From positions 1 to 64,000 of the IMG/VR virus record IMGVR_UViG_3300042564_002372: a stretch of DNA of 64,000 bases. One strand, given 5' to 3'. Source of the stretch: a virus. The notes beneath the pieces are model-generated. The model was not told the origin of the DNA, made no database searches, and saw nothing but the letters and a program-made list of their open reading frames with translations. Position numbers and translations under genes: made by a program. Of this stretch, positions 1 through 9,751 are shown piece after piece (positions within the stretch are counted from its first letter, which is position 1; every line of letters begins with the position of its first letter).

Positions 1-1
1 G

Positions 2-82
2 ATGAAGTATCACAAATTCAAAGTGAATCTTGATCATTACACTCGTCTTGAAGAAGATAAATTAGAAGAACAATTTTGTTAA
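2..82 (+). CDS. 3' end of a gene truncated by the window edge (possibly rIIA-like by position)
   Basis: Open frame ...MKYHKFKVNLDHYTRLEEDKLEEQFC* ending at 82, followed by a terminator and the rIIB-like gene; identity inferred from synteny only. Confidence 0.45.
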   Translation: MKYHKFKVNLDHYTRLEEDKLEEQFC

Positions 83-103
83 TTAATTAAAAATCAATAA
101 CTT

Positions 104-128
104 AAGGGAGGCTTAGTCCTCCCTTTTT
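104..128 (+). terminator. Rho-independent terminator
   Basis: AAGGGAGG-cttagt-CCTCCCTT hairpin followed by a T run. Confidence 0.8.
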
Positions 129-150
129 CATTTAAAACCAAAACAAAACT

Positions 151-1632
151 ATGTCAATTTTCACACTAGATTGGTTCAAATCCAACACAAAAAGAATGCT
201 TGATAACCTAAAGATAGAAGAGCAAGCATTGAGAAATAGTTTACTAAGAAGAGAACTAGAAACTTCTTTCAAGCCATACGAAAAACTTAAGCTCGTTAAT
301 GATGTGCTCACAGTTGTTTTGAAGGATGGGGAAGTGCTATCTAAGCCATCATGTACAATCGATGACTTCAACGATGTAAAGAATGCTAAGGACGAAGTTG
401 AAATCATTACACTATTCAACAAGAAGCTTTCCACTGATGAGATGGTTAGAGAAGTGAAGCAACAAAAGGTTCTTGCGGACATTTCTTCAAAACTAGAAAT
501 GCTATCCAGAATGCAAGACTTTGATGTTGTAGATGGATCTGTAAAGCTGAAGGGTATTAACAGAACAATGCCACAGCTTCTTGTAGAGAAGTTTATTGAA
601 GTGATTTCTTTGTATCAAACTCAGGATAGTGATCCACATGAAGATGTTTACAAAGACGAAGAATATCTATCATTGAAGAGATTCTTTATGTGGTGCTGCT
701 TGAATCCTCGTGCTGAGGTGGCTGATGAGTTGTACAGATTCCTTATAGACAATAGCTTCAGAATAACTAAGCAGGGATTCTTCGTGGCTCTAAGGAATGT
801 TGTTACACTACATGGCTCAAATGAACTTGTTAAGTTTATTAGTGAGGTGTACACAAAGATTAAGGCTGTATGGAAGAAAAGTCCTAATGACTATCATGTT
901 ATTCTTCTTCCTGATGGAACATACAAGTTTATGCACTACAAGGAAATGACAAAAGAATATACTGATACGTGCGACACTTGTGGTGGTACAGGAGACTGGT
1001 ATGATGATGAGGAGGAAGAATATGTAACATGTTATGATTGTGATGGAGAAGGAGAAGTTACGTACACTGATAGAAACTATGAGGGTACAGACCTAGGAGT
1101 TCTTACTGATCTTTATTTAGATCTTCCTAACAGAGCAGAGAACAGATTTACAGATGATTGGACTAAAACATTTGACATTCGTATTGGTCAAGTTGTGAAG
1201 ATGCCTATGGAAGATTGTAACTGGTCTACACAAGATTGTGCTGCTGCTGGTCTTCACTTCACTGCTGATCAAATTAACTATGTAGGATGTGGTGATCAGT
1301 CTGTATTGATGCTCATCAACCCTATGAAAGTTGTTGGTATTGGTACAGCAAAAGGTAGATGCTATGAGTATCTTCCAATCTCCACTGTATCTAGAGAAGA
1401 GGCAACACAGATTCTTCATGACCTAGACTTTAGCACAATTGATCTGGATGAGTTCTATGTAGAGAACGAACTTGAATCTCTATCTGAAAGAGCTGAGAAA
1501 GCATTTGCTCAAGAAGTTAAGAAATATGAATTCAATCTCCCTGCTATTTCTTCTTCTGAGATAGGTAAGATTGTTAACTCTCTAAACAAGATGAAAGATG
1601 AACTTGGTGGTAGAGTTAAAGAAGTTGTATAA
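151..1632 (+). CDS. rIIB: rIIB-like protein (Rex/lysis-exclusion protector family) with an inserted DnaJ-type Zn finger
   Basis: Motifs ITKQGFFVALRNV, TFDIRIGQVVKM, CAAAGLHF, INPMKVV, KGRCYEY resemble T4-type rIIB; CDTCGGTG/CYDCDGEG insert. Confidence 0.7.
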   Translation: MSIFTLDWFKSNTKRMLDNLKIEEQALRNSLLRRELETSFKPYEKLKLVNDVLTVVLKDGEVLSKPSCTIDDFNDVKNAKDEVEIITLFNKKLSTDEMVREVKQQKVLADISSKLEMLSRMQDFDVVDGSVKLKGINRTMPQLLVEKFIEVISLYQTQDSDPHEDVYKDEEYLSLKRFFMWCCLNPRAEVADELYRFLIDNSFRITKQGFFVALRNVVTLHGSNELVKFISEVYTKIKAVWKKSPNDYHVILLPDGTYKFMHYKEMTKEYTDTCDTCGGTGDWYDDEEEEYVTCYDCDGEGEVTYTDRNYEGTDLGVLTDLYLDLPNRAENRFTDDWTKTFDIRIGQVVKMPMEDCNWSTQDCAAAGLHFTADQINYVGCGDQSVLMLINPMKVVGIGTAKGRCYEYLPISTVSREEATQILHDLDFSTIDLDEFYVENELESLSERAEKAFAQEVKKYEFNLPAISSSEIGKIVNSLNKMKDELGGRVKEVV

Positions 1633-2209
1633 TTCTTCGTCAACACTAATTGAGAACATGAGAAGTGTTCACAATAAATGTGTAGAAGAAGATTTGATGT
1701 ATGGAAAAGGTTGGTACAATCGTGCCAACTTTTTCTCTTTAGCCTTGTCTGAGAAGTATGGAGTGTCAGAGATGAAAGCAGCTGGTATTATAGCTGCATT
1801 GTCTCCTCTTAAAGAATGGACACTCAACAAAGCTATGGCCGAAGAGTTCATCAGAACAAAAGGTGTGATTTCAAAACACACATCTACACAGACAATGAAG
1901 GCAAGAAAGATTTTAAATCAAGCATCTACAGTGCAGGATGTTGAAAACTATCTTGGTGGATTGAAGACTGTCAATTTCTTCAATAATATTTACAATCCCT
2001 TCTCAAAAGACCATGTTACAGTAGATAGACATCACATCTATCTATCACTTGGATGGGATGCTCAGAGCTGTACAACAAAACAATATGAGTTCATAAAGCA
2101 AAATACTATTATATTAGCGAACGAACTCAATATTATTCCAAACGAGTTGCAATCAACTCTATGGGTTTGTTGGAAAAGGATTAAGAAAAATGAAGAAAAA
2201 ACAAACTAG
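1598..2209 (+). CDS. conserved phage protein, predicted HhH/DNA-glycosylase-like fold (true start may be downstream, e.g. 1658)
   Basis: Motifs AALSP..W..N, KTVNFFNNI, VTVDRH, LQSTLW typical of a widespread phage family. Confidence 0.55.
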   Translation: MNLVVELKKLYNSSSTLIENMRSVHNKCVEEDLMYGKGWYNRANFFSLALSEKYGVSEMKAAGIIAALSPLKEWTLNKAMAEEFIRTKGVISKHTSTQTMKARKILNQASTVQDVENYLGGLKTVNFFNNIYNPFSKDHVTVDRHHIYLSLGWDAQSCTTKQYEFIKQNTIILANELNIIPNELQSTLWVCWKRIKKNEEKTN

Positions 2210-2597
2210 CACTAAGAAGAAAACTAGCTTAAAGATTAAACCAAGAAATGCTGGGACAATGACAGAGAGTGCATTCTGGTCATTCATACGAAGTGGTTTG
2301 AGACAAAAGTCTAGATGGTGGAAGCCTATCACACTCTGCAAAGAGAACGCTAAGCGCACCTATCATGGACCAAACAAAAGACAGAAGTATGAATATCAGT
2401 GTAATTGTTGCAAAGGATGGTTCCCTGCAACATCTATAAATGTAGATCACATTGTTCCTGCTGGAAATCTTCAGAGAGCGCAAGATCTTCCAGGATTCGT
2501 TGAAAGATTGTTTTGTGAAGTGGATAATTTGCAAGTCCTTTGTAAGGACTGCCACGATATCAAGACAGTTGATGACATAAAAGGATTGAGTAAATAG
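2190..2597 (+). CDS. HNH endonuclease
   Basis: CNCC ... VDHIVP ... NLQVLCKDCH. Confidence 0.85.
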   Translation: MKKKQTSTKKKTSLKIKPRNAGTMTESAFWSFIRSGLRQKSRWWKPITLCKENAKRTYHGPNKRQKYEYQCNCCKGWFPATSINVDHIVPAGNLQRAQDLPGFVERLFCEVDNLQVLCKDCHDIKTVDDIKGLSK

Positions 2598-2622
2598 TAT
2601 ATAGATTGGTTAATTTCTAGTT

Positions 2623-2655
2623 AAAGCCTTCCCTCATTGGGGGAAGGTTTTTTTT
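2623..2655 (+). terminator. Rho-independent terminator
   Basis: GCCTTCCC-tcattgg-GGGAAGGT stem followed by a T run. Confidence 0.85.
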
Positions 2656-2691
2656 ATTTGCAATTTCTAACTAAAATGATTATTTTATATC

Positions 2692-2931
2692 ATGATATCA
2701 ATAAACAAGCAACCATCATTCACAGAGGTGTGGCATGAAGGACATGTGGAACATGATGGAGAAGTACATAGGTTCTGGCTTATACATCCACAAGGAGTTG
2801 ATCTGAATGGACATGAGTATGAGATAGAAGTGAGATGGTTTTTCCAGAGAGTGCCCAGAGAAGTGAGGGCAATGTATCCATTAATTATTAATGCATTTAA
2901 ACAAAAACTACATGATACAAGGACAAAGTAA
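2692..2931 (+). CDS. hypothetical protein
   Basis: 79-aa ORF after terminator, overlapping the next gene. Confidence 0.7.
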   Translation: MISINKQPSFTEVWHEGHVEHDGEVHRFWLIHPQGVDLNGHEYEIEVRWFFQRVPREVRAMYPLIINAFKQKLHDTRTK

Positions 2932-3955
2932 AACAGAAGCTAACTACAGAGCTATTCAAACTGATAGCTCAAGTTCATTGAAAGAGTTCTCAATGGACAG
3001 AAAGAAGTACCACAAGAAGTATGTTCTTGGAGAACGTGTAGAAGAAAAGGACAACCAGGCTGCAACAATTGGCAGGCTTGTTGAAACGCTTCTTCTAGAG
3101 CCTGAGTTGTTTGATCAAAGGTTCTACATGTCTTCTTGTGCAAGCACACCAACAGGACTAATGCTAGACTTTGTGGAGGCCTTGTACAAGTTCACTAAAG
3201 AAGCAACAGATGACTTTGGTGTTGTTACAAGAACATTTGATGAACTAACAAAGGATGCCTATCTAGAATCAGGATTCAAGATTAAGATTGAGCAAGTGAT
3301 TAGTAAGTTTGTAGGCACTGACGCTGAGGTGTATTACAATGAGATCAGAAAGGTGAGGTCACAAAACCTGACAGTGATTAACAGCAATGATGTCACAAAT
3401 GCTGAAAGAATTGTGACAGAATTGAAAAACAACATTGTCACAAAAGATGTCATCAATCTAACCAGTGATGTTAGATATACTGTTCTGAATCAGTATCAAG
3501 TGGATTCATACACAGTGAACAACCATGTGTTCAAGAGTATGTTTGACAAACTTGTTGTTGATCATGACAACCAAACTGTACAGGTGTATGATTTGAAATG
3601 CACATGGAGCGTAGAAAACTTCTATGATGAATATTATTTGTACAGACGTGCGTATATTCAAGCATATCTTTATTACAAAGCAACAGTTCATCTAGTTGAA
3701 TCCAAATGGGAGGGATATAGAGCACTTATCCCAGCATTCATTGTCTGTGACAGTACAAACTATTACAACCCACTCATCTACACTCTTACAGAAGAAGATT
3801 TGGGAGATTGTTATAATGGCTTCACTTACAAAGGGAGAAACTATCCTGGTGTGAAAGAAACTATTGAAGATCTTAAATGGGCTTTGTACAATGGTGTCTG
3901 GAATATCTCCAGAACAAATTATGAAAATAAAGGAATCGTAAACATTAGGGGATAA
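2912..3955 (+). CDS. PD-(D/E)xK exonuclease (RecE/DUF3799-like)
   Basis: KSMFDKLVVD...VYDLKCT catalytic motif and YIQAYLY; start moved to ATG 2912. Confidence 0.75.
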   Translation: MIQGQSKTEANYRAIQTDSSSSLKEFSMDRKKYHKKYVLGERVEEKDNQAATIGRLVETLLLEPELFDQRFYMSSCASTPTGLMLDFVEALYKFTKEATDDFGVVTRTFDELTKDAYLESGFKIKIEQVISKFVGTDAEVYYNEIRKVRSQNLTVINSNDVTNAERIVTELKNNIVTKDVINLTSDVRYTVLNQYQVDSYTVNNHVFKSMFDKLVVDHDNQTVQVYDLKCTWSVENFYDEYYLYRRAYIQAYLYYKATVHLVESKWEGYRALIPAFIVCDSTNYYNPLIYTLTEEDLGDCYNGFTYKGRNYPGVKETIEDLKWALYNGVWNISRTNYENKGIVNIRG

Positions 3956-3956
3956 A

Positions 3957-4523
3957 ATGAAATTGACGAGAAGCATCACTACGTTATTTATGATAAAACC
4001 ACTTGGTCTAAGCATTGAAAAGCTTGAAAGGGTAGGTTTCATCAATGGCTTTGCACAAGATGTGGAGCACGATTGTATATATCAAGATTGCGTGTATTTG
4101 CTTTTCAAACCCACTGATATGGATGTGTTCAGAGATTTCATAGACAGCGAATATGAAAGAACTGACAACATCGTAGAAGATTATGATTACGAAGGTGGTT
4201 ATGTGGTTGTGGTTTACAAACTAGATCCAAAGTTTAAGAAGGACTATCAACTTGTTAGACAGGGATTGTATTCCAAAACCAGTAAAGACTTTCAAAATGT
4301 TTTTCCAAAGGTGGTGAAGATCATGAAGAATGGTAAACACAGAGATGAGATATCTTTGCAATACAGAATCTTCAACAGAACACAAGATCTCATCAACTTT
4401 TGGGAAGACAAAATAGGTATAACATTATCTAGCGATCAAGAAGTTTGGGAAGGATTCCACGAAGAGAGAGAAACGTTAAACATTAACAACATAAAACAAC
4501 ATGTCGAACAAGTTAGCAATTGA
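3957..4523 (+). CDS. conserved hypothetical phage protein
   Basis: 188-aa ORF tightly coupled to its neighbours. Confidence 0.75.
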   Translation: MKLTRSITTLFMIKPLGLSIEKLERVGFINGFAQDVEHDCIYQDCVYLLFKPTDMDVFRDFIDSEYERTDNIVEDYDYEGGYVVVVYKLDPKFKKDYQLVRQGLYSKTSKDFQNVFPKVVKIMKNGKHRDEISLQYRIFNRTQDLINFWEDKIGITLSSDQEVWEGFHEERETLNINNIKQHVEQVSN

Positions 4524-4869
4524 AATACTAAATGATTATCCCCTGGCTACAGAAGCTGCTAGGGATTGGTTCTTGAAGAAGATGATTGAAAGCTTTGAGC
4601 AAGACAATGCTCCAGAGGATTTCAAGAATCAAATGATATCAAGAGGAGTATCAGACATCACTCTAGCAATTATGTTTGAGCAGAGTCCTAGAAACTTCTT
4701 TGATGTTTTGGATGAGAATAAGATAGTGATTGAGATTCTTAGAGATGAGCACATCAATCCTGACTTATTCTATTACAAAATCAATGGCAAAACAACAGGG
4801 CAGTTCTTCGAAGGAAGAGTTCCTTGTGAGAGAGCTGCTGTAGAGAAGGCTTTCGAGTTATTAAATTGA
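4501..4869 (+). CDS. hypothetical protein
   Basis: 122-aa ORF in operon. Confidence 0.7.
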   Translation: MSNKLAIEILNDYPLATEAARDWFLKKMIESFEQDNAPEDFKNQMISRGVSDITLAIMFEQSPRNFFDVLDENKIVIEILRDEHINPDLFYYKINGKTTGQFFEGRVPCERAAVEKAFELLN

Positions 4870-5087
4870 TACACGAGTTCAAAAATCCCATCCCTGTTGT
4901 TGTAGAAAATAACAAGGATGGGTATGCTCTTTATGTCAGTGACTCTGGAGCATTCGAGAATGATATATGGTGTGTTGTACTCTGCGATGGAGGACATGTC
5001 AGACATTATATGTCAGATCAAATCAGAGTTTATGTAAATGCAACATTAGGAATAGAGAAAAATGGAAACAATCAGAGTTCATTGTAA
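4866..5087 (+). CDS. hypothetical protein
   Basis: 73-aa ORF, TTG start overlapping the upstream TGA. Confidence 0.65.
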   Translation: MIHEFKNPIPVVVENNKDGYALYVSDSGAFENDIWCVVLCDGGHVRHYMSDQIRVYVNATLGIEKNGNNQSSL

Positions 5088-5307
5088 AAAAGATTTTAGA
5101 GGAAACATTGATATCAGAGACTTCATTGTAAAATCTGCAATTAAAAATAATAAAAGTGTAACAGTTACATGTGGATCATTCCCTGGAATAAGTGTATATA
5201 CACCAGCTGAACTGTTAAATCCTGTAAAAATCAGTGAGCCGTACAAAGCAAAGTATGGAAATATGGAAAGCTATACTCTGTATTCTTATCCCTGGAAATT
5301 TGATTAA
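5062..5307 (+). CDS. hypothetical protein
   Basis: 81-aa ORF ending before a terminator. Confidence 0.65.
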   Translation: METIRVHCKKDFRGNIDIRDFIVKSAIKNNKSVTVTCGSFPGISVYTPAELLNPVKISEPYKAKYGNMESYTLYSYPWKFD

Positions 5308-5327
5308 TTAGTGTGTTTTTGTTTATT

Positions 5328-5362
5328 AAAAAAGCCCCATGACATGTGTTGTGGGGTTTTTT
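5328..5362 (+). terminator. Rho-independent terminator
   Basis: AAAAAAGCCCCAT...GTGGGGTTTTTT hairpin. Confidence 0.8.
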
Positions 5363-5364
5363 AA

Positions 5365-5395
5365 TTGAAAATGTTAAAAAAATTAATTAAATTCG
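5365..5395 (+). promoter_or_regulatory. Bacteroidota-type -33/-7 promoter upstream of recA
   Basis: TTG (5365), 20 nt, TAAATTCG (5388); one mismatch to TAnnTTTG. Confidence 0.5.
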
Positions 5396-5416
5396 TTATC
5401 TAAATTCAATTCAATA

Positions 5417-6442
5417 ATGGCAAAGAAAAAAGAAAATCAAGAGGAACAAAGTAAGTTCCAAGCAGCTCTGGACAAGCTGAACAAAGCGTATGGTGTAGGT
5501 AGCGTACTTACACTGAATTCTAAGAACCAAAACAACTACGAGCTGATCAGCACAGGTTCTGTTGGGTTTGATCACATCACACTAGGTGTAGGAGGTTTCG
5601 TTAAGGGAAAACTCTATGAACTAATGGGATGGGAGGGTACAGGTAAGTCAACCATCTGTGGTCACACTGTAGCAGAGTGTCAAGCAAAGGGTGGTAGAGT
5701 GTTGTACATCGATGGCGAGCATGCTGTTGATAAGATTTATTTCGAAGCTCTAGGTGTAAACACTGACGAGATGTTGATTGCTCAACCAAGCTGTGGCGAA
5801 GAAGGTTTTCAGATTGCTATGGACTTAATCAACACTGGAGAGATAGATCTTGTAATCATCGACAGCGATAGTTCATTGATTCCAAAGAAGGTGTTAGATG
5901 GTGATGTAGGTGATAGTTCTATTGGTAAGAAGGCTGTGCTCAACAGCAATGCCTATCCAAAGCTAAAGACAGCTCTATCTACGCACAATGTATGTGTGAT
6001 AGTAATCAGTCAGTATCGTGAGAAGATTGGTGTTATGTTTGGTAATCCAACAACAACTCAGGGTGGTCATGCGCTGAAGTTCTATTCAGATTGTAGAATA
6101 GAGGTGAGCAGATCTTTGGCAAAGGAAGGAGATGTAACTTATGGCAACATCACTAAGGTGAAGGCTGTAAAGAACAAGATGTCTCCTCCATACAGAATGA
6201 CAAGTTTTGATATTGTTTATGGTCAGGGTATTGACAAGTTTGCAGAGCTTATGGAGCTTGGTAGTGAGTATGGTGTTCTTAGAAAGTATGGCTCTACTGT
6301 GACATATAAAGAAGAGAAGTATCAATACGATGGATTCCAAAAGCTTCTAGAAGATAACCCAGAGCTAGAAGAAGATATCAAACAAACAATTATTAATCGA
6401 ATCAAGAACATAGAACCTACACCAGAAGATGATGGACTATAA
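5417..6442 (+). CDS. recA: RecA recombinase
   Basis: Walker A GWEGTGKS, YIDGEHA, IIDS, QYREKIGVMFGNPTTTQGGHALKFYS, KNKMSPP. Confidence 0.97.
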   Translation: MAKKKENQEEQSKFQAALDKLNKAYGVGSVLTLNSKNQNNYELISTGSVGFDHITLGVGGFVKGKLYELMGWEGTGKSTICGHTVAECQAKGGRVLYIDGEHAVDKIYFEALGVNTDEMLIAQPSCGEEGFQIAMDLINTGEIDLVIIDSDSSLIPKKVLDGDVGDSSIGKKAVLNSNAYPKLKTALSTHNVCVIVISQYREKIGVMFGNPTTTQGGHALKFYSDCRIEVSRSLAKEGDVTYGNITKVKAVKNKMSPPYRMTSFDIVYGQGIDKFAELMELGSEYGVLRKYGSTVTYKEEKYQYDGFQKLLEDNPELEEDIKQTIINRIKNIEPTPEDDGL

Positions 6443-6734
6443 TCAACTAGAAGCCCTTGTGATTGAATGGGCAGAGAACAAAGGTATTCTTCAGAAAGCT
6501 ACACCAGCAAGACAGGCTGACAAAACTCTTGAAGAAGTGGAGGAACTTAGAGCTGCTATTGCTGATGACAACAGAGAAGAGATAGCAGATGCTCTAGGTG
6601 ACATCCTTGTGACCATTATTATTCAGGCAAAGATGCAGAACATGTCTTTGGTTGAATGTCTTGAAGGTGCTTACAATATTATTGCTAAGCGTACAGGAAA
6701 GATGGTGAATGGACAATTTGTAAAAGATGCCTAA
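6429..6734 (+). CDS. MazG-like NTP pyrophosphohydrolase
   Basis: KTLEEVEEL...EIADALGD...AYNIIAKRTGKMVNGQFVK. Confidence 0.85.
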   Translation: MMDYNQLEALVIEWAENKGILQKATPARQADKTLEEVEELRAAIADDNREEIADALGDILVTIIIQAKMQNMSLVECLEGAYNIIAKRTGKMVNGQFVKDA

Positions 6735-7125
6735 AGCAAAGTGTAAAACATGTGGTGCATCCTGTGAAGGAGAGTACTGCTTTAGACACAAACCAAGAAA
6801 ACCAATGTTAGCAAGAATAACGACTAACTATTCAAACAAGCTCATCATAGAGGAGAAATCCTCTATGCGTGAGATGTTTTTGGGAATATGGAAGAAAAGA
6901 CCACACAAGTCTGAGATTAGTGGAGAGAGACTAGGGACAGAACCTTTGTCAATATTCTTCCATCACATACTTCCAAAGGAAAAGTATAAGCAGGCAGCTC
7001 TTGATGAAGAGAACATTATTCTTATGACGCTAGACGAGCATACAAATGTAGAGAATGACATCTATCGTTATGAAGAAGTGAACAAAAGACGTGAGTATTT
7101 AAAAGAAAAATATGATTTAACATGA
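6727..7125 (+). CDS. HNH-like nuclease with N-terminal Zn knuckle
   Basis: CKTC..C...C..H; FHHILPK...NIILMT.DEH. Confidence 0.65.
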   Translation: MPKAKCKTCGASCEGEYCFRHKPRKPMLARITTNYSNKLIIEEKSSMREMFLGIWKKRPHKSEISGERLGTEPLSIFFHHILPKEKYKQAALDEENIILMTLDEHTNVENDIYRYEEVNKRREYLKEKYDLT

Positions 7126-7334
7126 AGCAATTATTCCAATATACAGTTATATTTCACAAGTATGGACTTAACGAGTCAGGAGTTAAGGTGTATTTAGATT
7201 CTGAATTGATCATCGAGCCAAGATATGTGCTTGCTGCTGATGAGAAAGACGTTATCTTTAAAGCCACAAGAGAAGTGGGTGAAGAGTATGCACACTCTCC
7301 TGACAGTGTTGAAATCTTAATTAAAAAATTCTAA
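7122..7334 (+). CDS. hypothetical protein
   Basis: ATGA-coupled 70-aa ORF. Confidence 0.7.
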   Translation: MKQLFQYTVIFHKYGLNESGVKVYLDSELIIEPRYVLAADEKDVIFKATREVGEEYAHSPDSVEILIKKF

Positions 7335-7347
7335 AACCAATTACATT

Positions 7348-7647
7348 ATGAATCAATTCTTTTACACAAGAAAGGAACCAATTCAAGGGACAGACCCTCT
7401 TGAATTCAAAGAACACCTAGACAGCTTCAATATTGAGAAGGTGATTAGAACCATCATTGTAGAGAACGGTAATCGTCTAGTGCTACTAGATGATATTCAC
7501 GAACGCTCTACAGAAGTGCCTGATACCAATCCAAAAAATGGACAGATTAGAGGATACAAGCGTGAGCGTAACACTTACCAAACTGAAATCTATTTGTCTC
7601 CTAAGGATTCAGAAAGGTTTGTTAAACTGATGAGCATTGAGTCATGA
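7348..7647 (+). CDS. hypothetical protein
   Basis: 99-aa ORF with AAAACCAA leader. Confidence 0.75.
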   Translation: MNQFFYTRKEPIQGTDPLEFKEHLDSFNIEKVIRTIIVENGNRLVLLDDIHERSTEVPDTNPKNGQIRGYKRERNTYQTEIYLSPKDSERFVKLMSIES

Positions 7648-8264
7648 TTGATCTTATAAAAGAAGAAGTTAAGAATCAGATATTTGAAATTGCTGACATC
7701 TTAAATAATATAGGAGAAAGAGTGGAGGGTAATCTGATATGCGATATATCCTCAGACAATCTTATAGATGATGTAAATAAGAATAAGATTTATAATCTGA
7801 TGAAGTTGGCTGAAGGCAAATCAAAAATCTGCGAAATAGGAGTAAACGCTGGCCATAGCTTATTGCTAATGGTCAGTGTTAATCCTACAGCAGAATACCT
7901 CATATTTGATTTAGGTGGACACGCATACACTAGACCTTGTGTAGACTACATTAAAAAGCAATACCCCTCTACAAAAATAACAGAGGTGTATGGTGACACT
8001 AAAATAACTCTAAGTGAATACAAAAAGACTAAGAGTTGTGACATGATCCATATTGATGGTGGTCACGACACTCACACTGTAGTTAATGATTTCATCTACA
8101 CTCAACAGCTTCTTAAAAAGGGTGGTGTTGTTGTTTTTGATGATTACAACTACCACAACATAAAAGAGGTAGTTGACTATTACAGAGACAGAGGAATCAT
8201 ATCTGAGTATAAGACAGGCGTGGTTGAGACTGATTTACACTACATCTATACAGCAAATGATTGA
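7644..8264 (+). CDS. class I SAM-dependent methyltransferase (Methyltransf_24-like)
   Basis: EIGVNAGHS, DMIHIDGGH, VVVFDDY. Confidence 0.85.
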   Translation: MIDLIKEEVKNQIFEIADILNNIGERVEGNLICDISSDNLIDDVNKNKIYNLMKLAEGKSKICEIGVNAGHSLLLMVSVNPTAEYLIFDLGGHAYTRPCVDYIKKQYPSTKITEVYGDTKITLSEYKKTKSCDMIHIDGGHDTHTVVNDFIYTQQLLKKGGVVVFDDYNYHNIKEVVDYYRDRGIISEYKTGVVETDLHYIYTAND

Positions 8265-8904
8265 GAAAAATATCCACCAAATCTGGGTTGGTGAAAACAA
8301 GATACCTAGTCATATTCAAGAGTATATGGATAAGGTGAGAAGTTTTCATCAAGATTTTAATTACTATCTATGGAATGATAGTAATCTACCACAATTACCA
8401 GATAATCTAAAACAAATATACGATAGCTATGAAGAGCCAGCCATAAAGGCTGACTTACTCAGGATGTATGTGGTTTGGAAGTTTGGTGGGTTTTATCTTG
8501 ATGCTGATTTTGATACACTTAATGGATTTCATCTAGAGAGTGTGTTTAAAAAAGATTATGATGGGATGGTTGTTTACAATGATTCATACAAAATGTCTGC
8601 ACTTGCAAACAGCATATTTGGATTTAGTAGCAACCATCCTCTCATTAAATACCTAATTGATAATGTTGTTCATCGAGGTCAGTGGATTGGTCCTAATTGG
8701 TGGAGTCAAACAGTGTGTAACTATTTTAACCTGGATGTAAATACATCACAAGTTGCAGATCTTGAAATAAAATTAAAGGAGGTAAATCTACAACTAGGTG
8801 TATGGAAAGACATTGAGGATAATTGTTTTAGACATGATCCTCTATCATCATGGGTGCACGGATCTATTTGGAATGAGAAATTAAAAAGCGGAGATTATGA
8901 TTAG
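8257..8904 (+). CDS. glycosyltransferase, GT32/DXD sugar-binding family
   Basis: IEKNIHQIWVG, KADLLRM..VW.FGGFYLDAD, NHPLI, IGP; start moved to ATG 8257. Confidence 0.85.
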   Translation: MIEKNIHQIWVGENKIPSHIQEYMDKVRSFHQDFNYYLWNDSNLPQLPDNLKQIYDSYEEPAIKADLLRMYVVWKFGGFYLDADFDTLNGFHLESVFKKDYDGMVVYNDSYKMSALANSIFGFSSNHPLIKYLIDNVVHRGQWIGPNWWSQTVCNYFNLDVNTSQVADLEIKLKEVNLQLGVWKDIEDNCFRHDPLSSWVHGSIWNEKLKSGDYD

Positions 8905-9586
8905 TGTTTTAACTCTAACTTACAAAAGACATCATCTACTAGAAGAAGCAATTCAATCTTTTCTCTTCCAGAACAATGACACATGTGAGATGGTAGTGAT
9001 AAATGATAACGCAGAAGTTGACTACATTTTTAATCATCCTAATGTAAGAATCATCAATCACAAGGAAAGATTCCCATCTATAGCAGCAAAGTTTGAATGG
9101 GGATGTAAGATGTGCAAACATCAATACATCTATAGACTTGATGATGATGATCTTTTAGCACCTGAAGCCCTTGAAAACGTAATCAAAGACATCAATAATA
9201 ACCCTGGCTATGAAATCTACAGATGTAGAGGGATGCACTTCTTTTCAGAAAACGAATACCAAGGAGAAGGTGGAAGTGTGAATAATGGAAATGTCTACCA
9301 CAAAGCCTATCTTGATAGAATAAAGTTTCCAAACATAAGTATAGGGGAAGATTCAGAAATAACTTTTGGAAACAATTCAAAAATATATCAATCAAGTCTG
9401 CCCCACACAATGATTTACAGATGGGGAATGGGAACACTTCATATTTCTGGAATGGGTCAAGTGTCTAATGAAGAAGTGTTAGATCAAGCTGATAGAGTGC
9501 TAGACAACACAACAGGAATTATTGAATTAATTCCCAAGTTTCTAAATGATTACTACTCTCAGTTAAACAAAAAAGCCTCCAATTAG
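8897..9586 (+). CDS. glycosyltransferase family 2
   Basis: ISVLTLTY.R...LEEAIQS, EMVVIND, RLDDDD, GED. Confidence 0.85.
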   Translation: MISVLTLTYKRHHLLEEAIQSFLFQNNDTCEMVVINDNAEVDYIFNHPNVRIINHKERFPSIAAKFEWGCKMCKHQYIYRLDDDDLLAPEALENVIKDINNNPGYEIYRCRGMHFFSENEYQGEGGSVNNGNVYHKAYLDRIKFPNISIGEDSEITFGNNSKIYQSSLPHTMIYRWGMGTLHISGMGQVSNEEVLDQADRVLDNTTGIIELIPKFLNDYYSQLNKKASN

Positions 9587-9597
9587 GAGGCTCTTTT
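9569..9597. terminator. bidirectional terminator at the early/late convergence point
   Basis: AAAAAAGCCTCC-aatta-GGAGGCTCTTTT, between convergent blocks. Confidence 0.8.
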
Positions 9598-9598
9598 A

Positions 9599-9751
9599 TT
9601 ATTTCGAAATCTTCTTCTTTGACATAGGCCATTGAGCATTTCCCTGTTGGTACTTACTCCTTGCATCATTACTACTATATTCTTTCATATAGTTTGCATT
9701 TGGTCTTGGATTAGGAACCTTTGGTGCCTTCTTTGGTTTTCCAGATTTCAT
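9599..9751 (-). CDS. small basic protein (not in ORF track)
   Basis: MKSGKPKKAPKVPNPRPNANYMKEYSSNDARSKYQQGNAQWPMSKKKISK*, 50 aa, ATGA-coupled to the upstream gene. Confidence 0.7.
   Translation of the reverse strand: MKSGKPKKAPKVPNPRPNANYMKEYSSNDARSKYQQGNAQWPMSKKKISK

Noticed and set aside
2190-7125. HNH genes as intron-encoded homing endonucleases, or an intein in RecA
   Set aside because: Both HNH ORFs are coupled within operons with no interrupted host gene; RecA is normal length
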